From NCBI GenBank assembly GCA_003553445.1, contig PWEK01000080.1:7490-71489 (forward strand): DNA of 64,000 bases. Reading direction: 5' to 3'. Every line of letters starts with the position of its first letter. Positions within the stretch are counted from its first letter, which is position 1. Origin of the DNA: Elusimicrobiota bacterium (GTDB taxonomy: Bacteria; CG03; SLGR01). The notes beneath the pieces are model-generated. The model was not told where the DNA came from. It was given only the letters and a program-made list of their open reading frames with translations, and ran no database searches. Position numbers and translations under genes: made by a program. This document shows, one piece after another, positions 30,370 through 40,725 of the stretch.

Positions 30370-32421
30370 ATGGCCAAAAAAACCTCTTCAAATGAAGTAA
30401 AAAAAAAAGATGTATCCGGAATAATACTTTTAAGTGTTTCCATAATTTTAATAATATCTTTCATTTCCGGAGGAGAAGAAAGATTTGCCGGCGCAGTTGG
30501 CTCATTCATAAACCTTTTTCTCGAACGATATATAGGAGCAATCCGCTTTTTAATACCGGTTATTCTTATCTGGATGTCGGTAAATCAATTTTACCAAAAA
30601 AGAGGTTCTTTAACCCCGAGATACTCCGATTTCTGGGGTTTTATTGTTTTTATTGCTGGGGGATGTTCGCTTCTTAGCCTTATGTCAAATGCCGGGGGGG
30701 AAGCAGGAAGCTTCATAAGCGAGATTGTTTTAAGAAGACCGTTTGGAACTGTGGGAGCATACATAATATCAGTTACAACTGTATTGATAGCAATAATATT
30801 AATCACCGACCTTTCAATAAAAAAAGCCCTAAATTATACTGGCGCTAAATTCAATGAATTAATAGAAGCCGGAAAAAAGAAAAAATACAGTTATAGAAAA
30901 AAACGCAAGGTCGGAAAAGTTTCAGAAGAAAAAAAAGAAAAGAATTTTAACAAAAAAAGAAAACAGAGGGAAAAAGAAGAACAAAAAAGTGACATTGCAA
31001 TACATAAACATCCCGCATGCAAATACTCTGTGCCGGCTGATTTTCTAAAGTCCGGAAAAAAGGCAAAAAAGAACACGTTTAAAGAAGAAGAAAGAGGTGA
31101 GAAACTTCTTGAGGTTCTGAGAAACTTTAATATTGATGCTGAAATTTCCAGCATTCAGATTGGTCCGTCAATAACCAGATACGAGGTTAGTCTTCCGATG
31201 GATATACAGCTTTCAAAAATAAGAAAGCTGGCTTCCAATATTGCAATGACAATGGCGGCAAAAACCGTCCGTCTTCTGACACCAATACCGGGAAAATCCA
31301 CTGTCGGGGTTGAGGTCCCTGCTGTCGACCAGGAGATTGTTCCTTTAAGGAGTCTTATAGAAACACCGGAATTCAAGTCGGATTCATTAATACTCCCGTA
31401 CTGTTTGGGGAAAGCTGTAAACGGGGAAATGAAAATAGCAGACCTTACAAAAATGCCCCATGTTCTTCTTGCCGGTTCAACCGGCTCGGGAAAAAGCGTT
31501 GCAATACATTCATTGATAAACAGTATAATATTCAGTTCAAAACCCGAGGATGTTCAATTTTTGCTGATGGACCCCAAAAGGGTGGAGCTTCCTGTATATA
31601 ACGGCATCCCACATATGGCATATGATGTTGTTACCGATTCTTCAAAAGCAGTTGAGATGCTGCAGTGTATTGCCGCAGAGATGGACGACCGGTATGACAA
31701 ACTTGCTAAATACAATGTTGCTAACATTAATGCTTATAATGCGGTTGATGAAACAGAAAACATGCCACGGCTGGTTGTTGTTATTGATGAACTGGCGGAT
31801 TTGATGGCAATGGCAAAAGACAGGGTGGAAAACGCCATTATACGGATTGCCCAGATGGCCAGGGCGGTGGGAATTCATCTGGTGCTTGCGACTCAGAGGC
31901 CTTCTGTAGATGTTATTACAGGAATTATTAAAGCGAACCTGCCGGCAAGAATTGCCTTTAAGGTTCTAAGCGGTGTTGATTCAAGGACAATTCTCGACAT
32001 GAACGGAGCGGAAAAACTTCTTGGTAAGGGGGATATGCTCTATCAACCGCCGGATATGCCTCAGCCGATAAGAATACAGGGGTGTTTTATATCAAGAAAT
32101 GAGGTAAAAAAAGTTACCGGGCATATAGAAAACCTTAACTATGAATTCAACAGGAAAATTGACATTAAGGAAAAAATGGAGAAAATAAATAAAGGGGCAG
32201 AGTCTGAATATGAAGACGAGCTTTATCCGGAAGCCGTTAAGCTGGTTATAAAAGAGAATAAGGCCTCCATATCTCTCATTCAGAGAAGATTGAGGATAGG
32301 GTACAACAGGGCTGCGAGAATAATTGATACGATGAGAGAAAACGAGATTATCGGAGATGAAGCCGGGGTAAAGGGCCGCAGTGTGCTTGTAAGTAAGGAA
32401 TATCTGGAGAGTATTAAATGA
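30370..32421 (+). CDS. ftsK: DNA translocase FtsK/SpoIIIE
   Basis: N-terminal TM helices, a K-rich linker, Walker A GSTGSGKS, and a C-terminal gamma winged-helix (ISLIQRRLRIGYNRAARIID). Confidence 0.95.
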   Translation: MAKKTSSNEVKKKDVSGIILLSVSIILIISFISGGEERFAGAVGSFINLFLERYIGAIRFLIPVILIWMSVNQFYQKRGSLTPRYSDFWGFIVFIAGGCSLLSLMSNAGGEAGSFISEIVLRRPFGTVGAYIISVTTVLIAIILITDLSIKKALNYTGAKFNELIEAGKKKKYSYRKKRKVGKVSEEKKEKNFNKKRKQREKEEQKSDIAIHKHPACKYSVPADFLKSGKKAKKNTFKEEERGEKLLEVLRNFNIDAEISSIQIGPSITRYEVSLPMDIQLSKIRKLASNIAMTMAAKTVRLLTPIPGKSTVGVEVPAVDQEIVPLRSLIETPEFKSDSLILPYCLGKAVNGEMKIADLTKMPHVLLAGSTGSGKSVAIHSLINSIIFSSKPEDVQFLLMDPKRVELPVYNGIPHMAYDVVTDSSKAVEMLQCIAAEMDDRYDKLAKYNVANINAYNAVDETENMPRLVVVIDELADLMAMAKDRVENAIIRIAQMARAVGIHLVLATQRPSVDVITGIIKANLPARIAFKVLSGVDSRTILDMNGAEKLLGKGDMLYQPPDMPQPIRIQGCFISRNEVKKVTGHIENLNYEFNRKIDIKEKMEKINKGAESEYEDELYPEAVKLVIKENKASISLIQRRLRIGYNRAARIIDTMRENEIIGDEAGVKGRSVLVSKEYLESIK

Positions 32422-33086
32422 AGCTTTTTTTTATTTTATCGGTTTTTTTAATTTTGCCTTTTACCGTAATTGGAGAAGAGGTACGGGAAAGAAAAAATAA
32501 AGACTCACAGATGCCGGTTGATGAGTTTTCAAGTCTCATTGAAAACAGGATGAAAGAAATCAGGGATATATCGTTCAAATTCGAACAGAATACATATATG
32601 GGCGGGAGTACGCAAACCGTTTCTGCTGAGGTTGTTTTTTCAAAGCCTGATAAAATCAGAATAGATTATTCAACTCCAAGGGAACAAAGCATTATATACG
32701 ACGGAAAACACCTTTATACTTATGTGCCTCAAATAAATCAGGCTACAAAACAGAGTAAAAAAGGATTTGATGGGATACTGGGAAAGAGCGCATCAGTGAT
32801 TTTCTCTACAGATTCCGTCAGTAAAATGAAAGAGGAGTTTAAACTTGCCGTTTACACCGAGGAAAATAATATAGTATTGAGTGCAGTCCCGATAAATCAG
32901 GGTAATTACTACAAGCAGAAAATTATCTTTTCAAAAGATAGGATGTTGCCCGTGGAAGCCATAGTTTACGCGGAAAACCTTACATCGGTAACTGAGTTTT
33001 ACGACTATGATAAAAATAAGGATATAGATGAAGAAATATACAAACTGGCAGAAAAAGAAGAAATAAGAATAATACAGATAGACTAA
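32418..33086 (+). CDS. lolA: LolA-like outer-membrane lipoprotein carrier protein
   Basis: Signal peptide and a LolA-like pattern (FEQ..VVFSKPDKIRIDY..IIYDGKHLYTYVPQ). ftsK-lolA synteny matches E. coli. Confidence 0.6.
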   Translation: MKLFFILSVFLILPFTVIGEEVRERKNKDSQMPVDEFSSLIENRMKEIRDISFKFEQNTYMGGSTQTVSAEVVFSKPDKIRIDYSTPREQSIIYDGKHLYTYVPQINQATKQSKKGFDGILGKSASVIFSTDSVSKMKEEFKLAVYTEENNIVLSAVPINQGNYYKQKIIFSKDRMLPVEAIVYAENLTSVTEFYDYDKNKDIDEEIYKLAEKEEIRIIQID

Positions 33087-33088
33087 AA

Positions 33089-33829
33089 ATGAACTTTAAA
33101 GAAGCCGGAAAACACTTAAAAAAGCTTAGAAACGAAAAAGGCTTAGCTATTGAATACATTTCAAGGGAAATTAAGGTTTCAAAGGAAAAGCTCAAAGCCA
33201 TAGAAGAAGGAAATATGGAATCCTTCTCAAGCAGGTTCTACGCAAAAAGTTTTCTTAAGGATTATTCGGAATACCTGGGTTCAGATTTAGATGTTTCCCA
33301 GGTGATTCCGAATAAAAGGGAAGAGCCAATTTCTCCTGAGGTTAAACTGGCTCCGACTGATAGGCCGCGCCCAAGAATACGTAAAAGTTCTTCAAAAAGA
33401 ATAGCAGTTGCGGTGTTGACCCTCATATTTTCAGCGCTGACTCTTTTTGCCCTTTTTTTGGCATATGAAAGAATTACAGGAAGGGTCCGGGTCGCTGAGC
33501 ATGAGGATGAATTGCATAATTATTATGCCGCGGAGGAAGAAAAAATTACGGTTAGGGCATCAGCAGCTGGGAATGTCTGGCTGAGAGTAGAAAGGGACGA
33601 TGTTCTTGCCTATGAGGGGGTGTTGAGCACAGGCACAACCAGGGATTGGGAGGCGGATAGCAAAATGAGGATAAGAATAGGATACGTTCCGGGTTTAGAC
33701 CTTTATTGGAGAACGAGGGATGATGAGGATTTTCAGAAGGTGGATATAGTTCGCGGGAGTGTAAATGAGCTTAATGAGATTAAGTTTGATTTATCTTCGG
33801 AAGAGAAATATTCATCGACATTCAGATGA
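33089..33829 (+). CDS. rodZ: RodZ-like cytoskeleton protein (HTH, TM, DUF4115)
   Basis: N-terminal HTH (LKKLRNEKGLAIEYISREIKVS), a single TM helix, and a C-terminal VWLRVERDD..RIRIGY region. Confidence 0.6.
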   Translation: MNFKEAGKHLKKLRNEKGLAIEYISREIKVSKEKLKAIEEGNMESFSSRFYAKSFLKDYSEYLGSDLDVSQVIPNKREEPISPEVKLAPTDRPRPRIRKSSSKRIAVAVLTLIFSALTLFALFLAYERITGRVRVAEHEDELHNYYAAEEEKITVRASAAGNVWLRVERDDVLAYEGVLSTGTTRDWEADSKMRIRIGYVPGLDLYWRTRDDEDFQKVDIVRGSVNELNEIKFDLSSEEKYSSTFR

Positions 33830-34371
33830 CCCTTTCAAATAAATTGACAGTTTTCAGGGTTTTTCTTGTGCTTCCTTTTGTGGTTTTTTTATCACTGGAG
33901 GGTCGCTTGTATCTAATGGGCGCTTTTTTTATAATGGCAATAGCAACATTAACAGATTATTTTGATGGTAAAATTGCCAGAAAAAGAGGCGAAATTACTG
34001 ACTTTGGAAAATATATGGACCCGCTTGCTGATAAGCTGTTTATCATTTCAGCACTGGTGATATTTATTTCGATTGAAAGTGTTGATGTGCCTGTATGGGG
34101 GGTGATTTTAATAATCACGCGGGATTTTGTGATAAACGGTGTCCGAACTCTTGCCGCCTCACGGGGAAGCATTCTTGCAGCTTCAAAAGCGGGAAAATAT
34201 AAAACAGCTGCCCAGATGATTTCCATACTGCTTTCTCTTATAATGCTTTCATTCGGCGTCTGGATCCATCTTATTTATTATCTGGTGCTGATAATGGTGA
34301 TAGTAACAGTTTATTCGGGGATATTATATTTAAAGGAAAACTTTCTGCTTTTAAAAAAAGCTGCAAAATAG
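33826..34371 (+). CDS. pgsA: CDP-diacylglycerol--glycerol-3-phosphate 3-phosphatidyltransferase
   Basis: CDP-alcohol phosphatidyltransferase motif DYFDGKIARKRGEITDFGKYMDPLADK. Confidence 0.9.
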   Translation: MTLSNKLTVFRVFLVLPFVVFLSLEGRLYLMGAFFIMAIATLTDYFDGKIARKRGEITDFGKYMDPLADKLFIISALVIFISIESVDVPVWGVILIITRDFVINGVRTLAASRGSILAASKAGKYKTAAQMISILLSLIMLSFGVWIHLIYYLVLIMVIVTVYSGILYLKENFLLLKKAAK

Positions 34372-34401
34372 TTAATACTATAAAAACAGACAGGAGGAAA
34401 T

Positions 34402-34845
34402 ATGAAATGGTTAATTAGGTTTATAGCAACAGGGTTTTATATCGGAGAGAAGGTCCCTGCTCCGGGCACTGCGGCTTCTATTGCCGCTGCGGCGATTTAT
34501 TATCTTATTCTGCCGACAGGTTACAATTTTTACTGGACGATGCTTATTTTGATGACTTTTATAGGTGTTATTACGGCAGGCAAAACAGAGGAAATGATGG
34601 GAGATATCGACCCGCCCTGCATTGTGATTGACGAAATAGTAGGGTTTCTGGTTGCAATGGCCTTTCTTCCGAAAACTCTCGGATTGACGCTAGTGGGTCT
34701 TATTATTTTTAGATTTCTTGATATTTCAAAACTATACCCGATAGGCAAACTGCAGGTTGTGGCAGGGGGCCTTGGAATAATGATTGATGACCTGTATGCC
34801 GGGATTGTCACAAATCTCCTGCTGCAGGCAATTCACAGACTTTAA
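34402..34845 (+). CDS. pgpA: Phosphatidylglycerophosphatase A
   Basis: [11 protein letters not shown] and IVIDEIVG motifs, with the expected size and TM pattern. Confidence 0.8.
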   Translation: MKWLIRFIATGFYIGEKVPAPGTAASIAAAAIYYLILPTGYNFYWTMLILMTFIGVITAGKTEEMMGDIDPPCIVIDEIVGFLVAMAFLPKTLGLTLVGLIIFRFLDISKLYPIGKLQVVAGGLGIMIDDLYAGIVTNLLLQAIHRL

Positions 34846-34861
34846 GAAAGGAGATTTTACA

Positions 34862-35899
34862 ATGAGTAAAACAAAAAAAAACCAGGCTCTTGACAGAGCA
34901 ATACTTCAGCTTGAAAAAAAATTCGGCAAAGGCGCCATAATGAAGCTTGGAGATGATAAATACAAGTCAAAAATTGCCGCGATTCCAACTGGAGCAATGA
35001 CTCTGGATTCCGCCCTGGGAGTAGGCGGGATTCCCCGTGGTAGAGTTGTAGAAGTATTCGGGCCTGAGGCTTCCGGAAAAACCACTCTCTGTCTTGAAAT
35101 TGTGGCAAATGCTCAGGCACAGGGAGGCAATGCCGCATATATTGATGCAGAACATGCTCTTGACCCCGGTTATTCGAAGAGAATCGGAGTGGATATTGAT
35201 AACCTGCTTATATCTCAGCCTGATTACGGTGAGCAGGCGCTGGAAGTAGCAGAAACCCTGGTAAGAAGCGGTGCGGTTGATATTATCGTTATAGACAGTG
35301 TTGCGGCGCTTGTTCCAAAATCGGAACTTGAGGGTGATATGGGGGACTCTCACGTTGGGCTTCAGGCAAGGCTGATGTCTCAGGCTTTAAGGAAGCTCTC
35401 GGCAACCATATCAAAATCTTCAACGACTACCATTTTTGTAAATCAGATAAGAGAAAAAATAGGTGTTATGTTCGGTAATCCTGAAACCACACCGGGGGGA
35501 AGGGCGTTGAAATTTTACTCTTCGGTCAGACTGGATATAAGGCGAATAGGCTCCATTAAATCCGGATCCGATTCGATTGGAAACAGGATAAGGGTTAAGG
35601 TAGCGAAAAACAAGGTTGCTCCACCTTTTAAAAAAGCTGAGTTCGACATATTTTACGGAGAGGGAATTTCCCGTGAAGGGTGCCTTATAGATATAGGTCT
35701 TCAGGAAAACATAATTGAGAAGAGCGGAACATGGTATTCGTACGGTAAAACCCAGCTTGGGCAGGGAAGGATGAATTCAATAAATTACTTTAAGGAAAAC
35801 CCGAAAGTGTCAGGTGAAATTGAAAATAAAATAAGGGAGAGACTGTTTTCAAACGGAAAAGAGGAAGAGAAAAAGAAAGAAGTAAAAGCGGCAAACTAG
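34862..35899 (+). CDS. recA: Recombinase RecA
   Basis: Walker [11 protein letters not shown] and [29 protein letters not shown] use the ATG at 34862 (AAGGAG upstream); the ORF-track N-terminal extension overlaps pgpA. Confidence 0.97.
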   Translation: MSKTKKNQALDRAILQLEKKFGKGAIMKLGDDKYKSKIAAIPTGAMTLDSALGVGGIPRGRVVEVFGPEASGKTTLCLEIVANAQAQGGNAAYIDAEHALDPGYSKRIGVDIDNLLISQPDYGEQALEVAETLVRSGAVDIIVIDSVAALVPKSELEGDMGDSHVGLQARLMSQALRKLSATISKSSTTTIFVNQIREKIGVMFGNPETTPGGRALKFYSSVRLDIRRIGSIKSGSDSIGNRIRVKVAKNKVAPPFKKAEFDIFYGEGISREGCLIDIGLQENIIEKSGTWYSYGKTQLGQGRMNSINYFKENPKVSGEIENKIRERLFSNGKEEEKKKEVKAAN

Positions 35900-36513
35900 T
35901 GAAAATAGAAACTTTAACAGTCGGTCCTTTTGAAACTAACTGCTATATAGTAATATTTGAAAAAAAGGCGGTTATTATTGATCCCGGATTTGAAGCTGAC
36001 AGGATCACTGAAATTTTAAGGAAAAAGAATGTTAAAGCCAAGTATATATTTTACACTCATGCACATTATGACCATATCGGATCTTCAGCGGAGGTAAAGA
36101 AAGAAACTAACGCCAGCGTTATAATGGGTGAGAAAGAGAAGTCTTTTTTTGATGATCCCTCCAGTGTAACCTGCAGTATGCTTCAGATGAGTTCTAAACC
36201 CGCCGCTCCAGATATTCTCTGCCGGGAAGGAGAAGAGTTTCATATTGAAGGCTGCAGTATGAAAATAATAGAGACCCCGGGGCATACTCCCGGAGGAATA
36301 TCGATTTTCTCGGAAAACGCATTATTTACGGGAGACTGTATTTTTATGGGGTCTATCGGAAGAACGGATTTGCCAGGGGGCGATTCTGAAGAACTGAAAA
36401 AAACAATAAAAAAGAAAATATTAAGTCTTTCCGATAATGTGAAAATCTATCCGGGACACGGTCCCGCTACTTCTGTAAAGCGGGAAAAAAAAGATAATCT
36501 GTACGCAAGATGA
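35899..36513 (+). CDS. MBL-fold metallo-hydrolase (glyoxalase II-like)
   Basis: THAHYDH (HxHxDH) motif and GHTPGG. GTG start overlaps the recA TAG by 1 nt. Confidence 0.8.
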   Translation: MKIETLTVGPFETNCYIVIFEKKAVIIDPGFEADRITEILRKKNVKAKYIFYTHAHYDHIGSSAEVKKETNASVIMGEKEKSFFDDPSSVTCSMLQMSSKPAAPDILCREGEEFHIEGCSMKIIETPGHTPGGISIFSENALFTGDCIFMGSIGRTDLPGGDSEELKKTIKKKILSLSDNVKIYPGHGPATSVKREKKDNLYAR

Positions 36514-36521
36514 AATTTTAA

Positions 36522-37364
36522 ATGGCCCGTGATTTTATCCATAAGTTTATAAATTATTTGAATGTAGAAAAAGGAAGTTCGAAAAATACTCTGGAGGCCT
36601 ACAGAAGAGACATAGAAGGTGCAATAAATTATCTTGAAGAATTGGGAATTCCGGTTTCAAAAGCAAAGAAAAGCCATATAAGAGAATACCTTATCTACAG
36701 AAGAGAGGGGCTTTCATCCAACTCAGTGGCAAGGCTTATCTCTGCATTAAAGAGTTTTTATGACTTTCTTCTTCTGGATAATCTTGTAGAAAAAAACCCG
36801 ATAACGGATCTTTCACCACCCAAAATCCCCAGAAAACTTCCGGAGGTGTTATCCCAGGAAGAGGTTGATAGGATTATTCAATCTGCATCGGGAGACAGGA
36901 AAGAAATAGTGGAGATTCTTTATGCGACTGGAATCAGGGTATCTGAGTTTGTTAATTTAAAAGTAGAAGATATTGACATTGAAAATGGCTGGATTCGAGT
37001 TTTCGGGAAAGGAAGAAAAGAAAGATATCTGCCTGTTGGTTCAACTCTATTAAATAAAATGGCTTTAAGGATAGATGAAAAAGGGCTCTCTCCATCCGAT
37101 CACCTATTTTCAAAAAACGGGAAAAAATACACCAGGGAATGGATATGGAAAATTGTAAAGAATGCGGGAAAAGAAGCGGGGTATGCCTCTTTGAAACCGC
37201 ATATGCTAAGGCATAGCTTTGCTACGCATATGCTGGAAAACGGGGCTGATTTGAGAACAATACAGGTGTTGCTGGGGCATTCAAATATTGACACAACCCA
37301 GATATATACTCACGTAAACAGAAAAAACATGATGAAAATGCATGCCCGGTATCATCCGAGATAA
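36522..37364 (+). CDS. xerD: Tyrosine site-specific recombinase, XerC/XerD family
   Basis: ATGIRVSE (Arg I), HMLRHSFATHML (HxxR) and LLGHSNIDTTQIYTHV (catalytic Tyr). XerD versus XerC cannot be decided by eye. Confidence 0.8.
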   Translation: MARDFIHKFINYLNVEKGSSKNTLEAYRRDIEGAINYLEELGIPVSKAKKSHIREYLIYRREGLSSNSVARLISALKSFYDFLLLDNLVEKNPITDLSPPKIPRKLPEVLSQEEVDRIIQSASGDRKEIVEILYATGIRVSEFVNLKVEDIDIENGWIRVFGKGRKERYLPVGSTLLNKMALRIDEKGLSPSDHLFSKNGKKYTREWIWKIVKNAGKEAGYASLKPHMLRHSFATHMLENGADLRTIQVLLGHSNIDTTQIYTHVNRKNMMKMHARYHPR

Positions 37365-37368
37365 GAAA

Positions 37369-38484
37369 ATGAATAAAAGAGTTTATGTATATGAATGCGG
37401 ATCTTATGATTATAAAAATCTGATTGAAATATTTTCTGAGTATTTTAAAAAAGAAGGGTGTGAAATGGAGGGCAGAAAAATTCTTCTCAAGCCGAATATG
37501 CTTCAGGCGCACAGACCCTCAGAAAATGTAACCACCCATCCTGAGGTTGTAAAAGCAGCAGCAGCAGCGGTTATGAAAAACGGGGGGATATGTTCAATCG
37601 GAGACAGCCCCTCGGGAAGAGGGCGGCTGAATGCTGAATCTGCTGCGGAAAAATGCGGTTTTCTAAAGATATGCAGGGATCTGAATATTGATTTTGATTA
37701 TTTCGACGGGCAGCAGCTAAGGCAGGTTGATATAAAAAACGGACGAATTTTTAAGAAGGTTCTTCTTCCCGAAAGTTATTTTTCATACGATATAATAATA
37801 AATATGCCTAAACTGAAAACACACTCGCTTACAGTCTTTACGCTGGGAATTAAAAATATGCTGGGGGTGGTTCCGGGTCTTGGGAAGACAGAGTTCCACA
37901 GAAGAGCCCTCCATCCTGATTCTTTTGCAGATGCAATATGCGATTTATTTTCAGTTTTAATTCCGGATTATACTATCCTTGATGCGGTTGAAGCAATGGA
38001 GGGCGCCGGTCCCGTAACGGGTAAAACTAAAAAATTAAAAAAAATAATTATTGGGAAGGACAGTAATGCAGTAGATTCAACTGCTGAGAGAATATGCGGA
38101 GCGGATCCATTAAAAGTGCCGATAACATATAAAGCGGCCAAGAGGGGATTGGGGGAAATGGAGGGTTATGAAGTAATTGGAAACCGTATAGTAGCAGATG
38201 AAAATTTTAAAAAACCTCCCGGTTATACTATAGCCCACAAAATACCAAAAAAGCTGCTTTCCATACTATCTTTATTTTACGGTCACGTCCCCTCGTTATC
38301 TAAAAGAAAATGCATCGGATGCAGAAAATGTTTTAACGTTTGTCCGTCGGATGCAATATCATTTTCAGTTTTTTATCCCGAATTTAATATTCGAAAATGC
38401 ACAAAGTGTTTCTGCTGCGCTGAGAGGTGTCCCGAAAGCGCTATAGGTGTAAAGAAGAAACTACTATCCAGGATAACAACATGA
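37369..38484 (+). CDS. DUF362 domain protein with a C-terminal 2x[4Fe-4S] ferredoxin domain
   Basis: CIGCRKCFNVCP and CTKCFCCAERCP cluster motifs. ATG at 37369, after the xerD stop. Confidence 0.65.
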   Translation: MNKRVYVYECGSYDYKNLIEIFSEYFKKEGCEMEGRKILLKPNMLQAHRPSENVTTHPEVVKAAAAAVMKNGGICSIGDSPSGRGRLNAESAAEKCGFLKICRDLNIDFDYFDGQQLRQVDIKNGRIFKKVLLPESYFSYDIIINMPKLKTHSLTVFTLGIKNMLGVVPGLGKTEFHRRALHPDSFADAICDLFSVLIPDYTILDAVEAMEGAGPVTGKTKKLKKIIIGKDSNAVDSTAERICGADPLKVPITYKAAKRGLGEMEGYEVIGNRIVADENFKKPPGYTIAHKIPKKLLSILSLFYGHVPSLSKRKCIGCRKCFNVCPSDAISFSVFYPEFNIRKCTKCFCCAERCPESAIGVKKKLLSRITT

Positions 38485-39443
38485 AAAGTAGGGTTATGTT
38501 AATTTTATTGCTTCTTTTAAACACGGGGGCCGAAAGTCTTTATTCCGGATTTTCAACTGATGTTATTAACAGCAAGGGGGAAGTAAAGGCCCTAAACGTC
38601 AATACCGGAGAGTGGAAAGATTTGAAGCATGATTCGGATATGGAAATAATTTCCTTAATTTCTACCGGTAAGGATTCATATGCCAAAATAAGAATTTCGG
38701 AAAGCGGAGAAATTCTTATTAATGAAGAAACCACTTTTGAAATAAACCCTCGGGAAAATCAATGTCAGATTGACCTTTTATATGGTTCTTTAAAGGCAAA
38801 GCTGGAGGATATTCCATCACAAGAGTTAAAGATAAGAACACCGGTTTCTGTGGCCGCGGTTCGCGGAACCGAGTATGCCGTGGTATATGAAGAAAAAAAC
38901 GCAGCGCATATTGAGGTGTATGAGGGAAGCGTTGATATATTTTCTGTTATTAAAGAAAAAGAACAAGAGCAAGGGTATAAAGCAGGCAGAAATACATGGA
39001 TTAAGGTATTAAAAGGCGAAAACCCTGAATATGCAGGTGAGATTACCGGGAAACAGAGACTGAGATGGGAGCATCTTGAAACTAAGATAAAATACTATAA
39101 TAATATTAGAGAAAGGCGGGGAATTGAAATGAAAGTCATACGGTTAAACGAGAAACTCCGCTCAGAAGATAGAATAAATGAAATAGAAGTTCTCTCTGAA
39201 AAAATAGAGGATTACGAAAAAAACAAACAGTTATTGAAAAAAGAGGGGAGGGATTTAAATAACAGGTTAAATGCGCTGAAAGATAAATACATAAAAATAC
39301 GTGAAAAGAATATTGATGCCCGTTTAAAACTAATACATAAGCAGAGGGAAGAAATTATAAAAAGAAGACAAATTGAAAGAAAAAGGCAGCTTGAAGAAAG
39401 GGAGAAGAGGCTGCAGGAACTAAGAGATGAAAGAAAGAAATAG
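38481..39443 (+). CDS. Secreted FecR-domain protein with a long C-terminal charged coiled coil
   Basis: Signal peptide MKSRVMLILLLLL, FecR-like IRTPVSVAAVRGTEYAV, and a C-terminal ~100 aa K/E/R-rich heptad-like region. ATGA overlap with the upstream gene. Confidence 0.6.
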   Translation: MKSRVMLILLLLLNTGAESLYSGFSTDVINSKGEVKALNVNTGEWKDLKHDSDMEIISLISTGKDSYAKIRISESGEILINEETTFEINPRENQCQIDLLYGSLKAKLEDIPSQELKIRTPVSVAAVRGTEYAVVYEEKNAAHIEVYEGSVDIFSVIKEKEQEQGYKAGRNTWIKVLKGENPEYAGEITGKQRLRWEHLETKIKYYNNIRERRGIEMKVIRLNEKLRSEDRINEIEVLSEKIEDYEKNKQLLKKEGRDLNNRLNALKDKYIKIREKNIDARLKLIHKQREEIIKRRQIERKRQLEEREKRLQELRDERKK

Positions 39444-40044
39444 GTCATTATTTATCTTATTTCTTATGAGCATTTCCGTGTCGGTTTTATTATACGGATG
39501 CGGATCAAAAACTGTAAAAAGGCTGGAGTCAGATGTAAAGATTGATTTGTCGGGGAGATGGAATGAAGAGGATTCTTCGCTTGTTTCGGAAAAAATAATC
39601 GATGAGGTTTTGTCTTCCGCATGGTACAGAAATTTCCGGGATAAATACTCCCGGAAACCTGTGGTTATTGTTGGAAGAGTTCAAAACAGAACGATGGAGC
39701 ATATAAATGTAAATACGTTCATAAAAGATATTGAAAGAGCAATGCTAAACTCCGGGGAAATTGAAATAGTCGCATCTGCAGAACAAAGACGAGAAATCAG
39801 GGATGAAAGGCAGGATATGCAACGCTGGGCCTCAGTAGAAACCATAAAAAAACCGGGTAAAGAAACAGGCGCGGATTTTATGCTGAACGGAATTTTAAGT
39901 TCCATTGTAGATGAAGAAGGCGGAAGAAGGGTTGTTTATTACCAGGCGGATATGAACCTGGTGAATATAGAGACAAACAGGGTTATCTGGGCCGGACAGA
40001 AAAGAATAAGGAAATTTATCCGTCGGCCCCTCTTCGCTTTTTAG
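39427..40044 (+). CDS. LpoB-like lipoprotein, paralog 1
   Basis: Lipobox LLYGC. DLSGRWNEEDS..VVIVGRVQNRT..GADFMLNGILSSI pattern of the PBP-activator LpoB / COG3417 family. Confidence 0.6.
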   Translation: MKERNRSLFILFLMSISVSVLLYGCGSKTVKRLESDVKIDLSGRWNEEDSSLVSEKIIDEVLSSAWYRNFRDKYSRKPVVIVGRVQNRTMEHINVNTFIKDIERAMLNSGEIEIVASAEQRREIRDERQDMQRWASVETIKKPGKETGADFMLNGILSSIVDEEGGRRVVYYQADMNLVNIETNRVIWAGQKRIRKFIRRPLFAF

Positions 40045-40047
40045 GGG

Positions 40048-40075
40048 ATGTCGGGGTTATACTTTTATACTTTTG
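40048..40075 (+). repeat. Copy 2 of the exact 28-nt element ATGTCGGGGTTATACTTTTATACTTTTG
   Basis: Identical to 17977-18004. It begins 3 nt after the TAG stop of LpoB-like 1 and ends 51 nt upstream of the LpoB-like 2 ATG. Confidence 0.9.
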
Positions 40076-40126
40076 AGTTTACAGAAAAGAGTATGTAAAA
40101 AGGAAAAAATATCAGGAGGTATTATT

Positions 40127-40708
40127 ATGAAAAGGAAACTTGCGTTGGTCGTCGCGCTGGCAGTGCTGGCATTTTCCGGTTGCGGAAGAAGGGTAGAAAG
40201 AGTGGGGTTGACCGAAGAGATTGATTTGTCGGGCAGATGGAATGACACTGATTCACGCCTTGTGTCAGAAGAAATGATTTCTGACTGTCTGTCACGGCCA
40301 TGGCTGGAAAACCATATAACGGAAACTGGAGAAAACCCCACAGTGATAGTGGGAACTGTTATCAACAGAACAGACGAACATATAATTTCAGAAACATTCA
40401 CAAAAGATCTGGAAAGAGCATTTATTAACTCAGGTAAAGTTAATGTGGTAACCTCGGGAGAAGCCAGAGAGGAGATCCGCAGGGAGCGGGAAGATATGCA
40501 AAGACACGCTTCAGAAGAAACCATGAGAAGGTTTATGCAGGAAGAGGGCGCTGATTACATGCTTCAGGGAACTGTAAATGATATTATTGACCAGGAAGGC
40601 AGGAGAAGTGTCAGGTATTATCAGGTAAATCTGGAGCTTGTCAATACTGAAACTAACCGTAAGGTTTGGATAGGTGACAAAAGCATAAGAAAATATATAA
40701 GAGAATAA
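40127..40708 (+). CDS. LpoB-like lipoprotein, paralog 2
   Basis: AGGAGG 7 nt upstream of the ATG at 40127, and lipobox AFSGC. It aligns gap-free with paralog 1 over about 160 aa, with roughly half the positions identical by eye. Confidence 0.6.
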   Translation: MKRKLALVVALAVLAFSGCGRRVERVGLTEEIDLSGRWNDTDSRLVSEEMISDCLSRPWLENHITETGENPTVIVGTVINRTDEHIISETFTKDLERAFINSGKVNVVTSGEAREEIRREREDMQRHASEETMRRFMQEEGADYMLQGTVNDIIDQEGRRSVRYYQVNLELVNTETNRKVWIGDKSIRKYIRE

Positions 40709-40725
40709 TTTATGGTGTTTATTTT

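Noticed and set aside
30880-31090. A-rich, Lys-codon-rich tract that looks like a simple repeat.
   Set aside because: It is in frame within ftsK and encodes the usual low-complexity basic linker between the membrane and motor domains.
34784-34861. N-terminal extensions given by the ORF track for recA, and similarly for truB (24297), DUF362 (37342), FecR (38427), LpoB-like 2 (40073), skp (52300), the barrel genes (54196, 54255) and the SBP (46297).
   Set aside because: The extensions overlap the preceding gene and lack a signal peptide or family similarity. An internal ATG with a good AAGGAG/AGGAGG site gives the expected N-terminus.
36522-37364. Tyrosine recombinase as a marker of an integrated mobile element.
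   Set aside because: It has Xer-type motifs and sits in a housekeeping operon (recA-MBL-xerD). There are no flanking repeats, phage or transposon genes, or composition change visible by eye.
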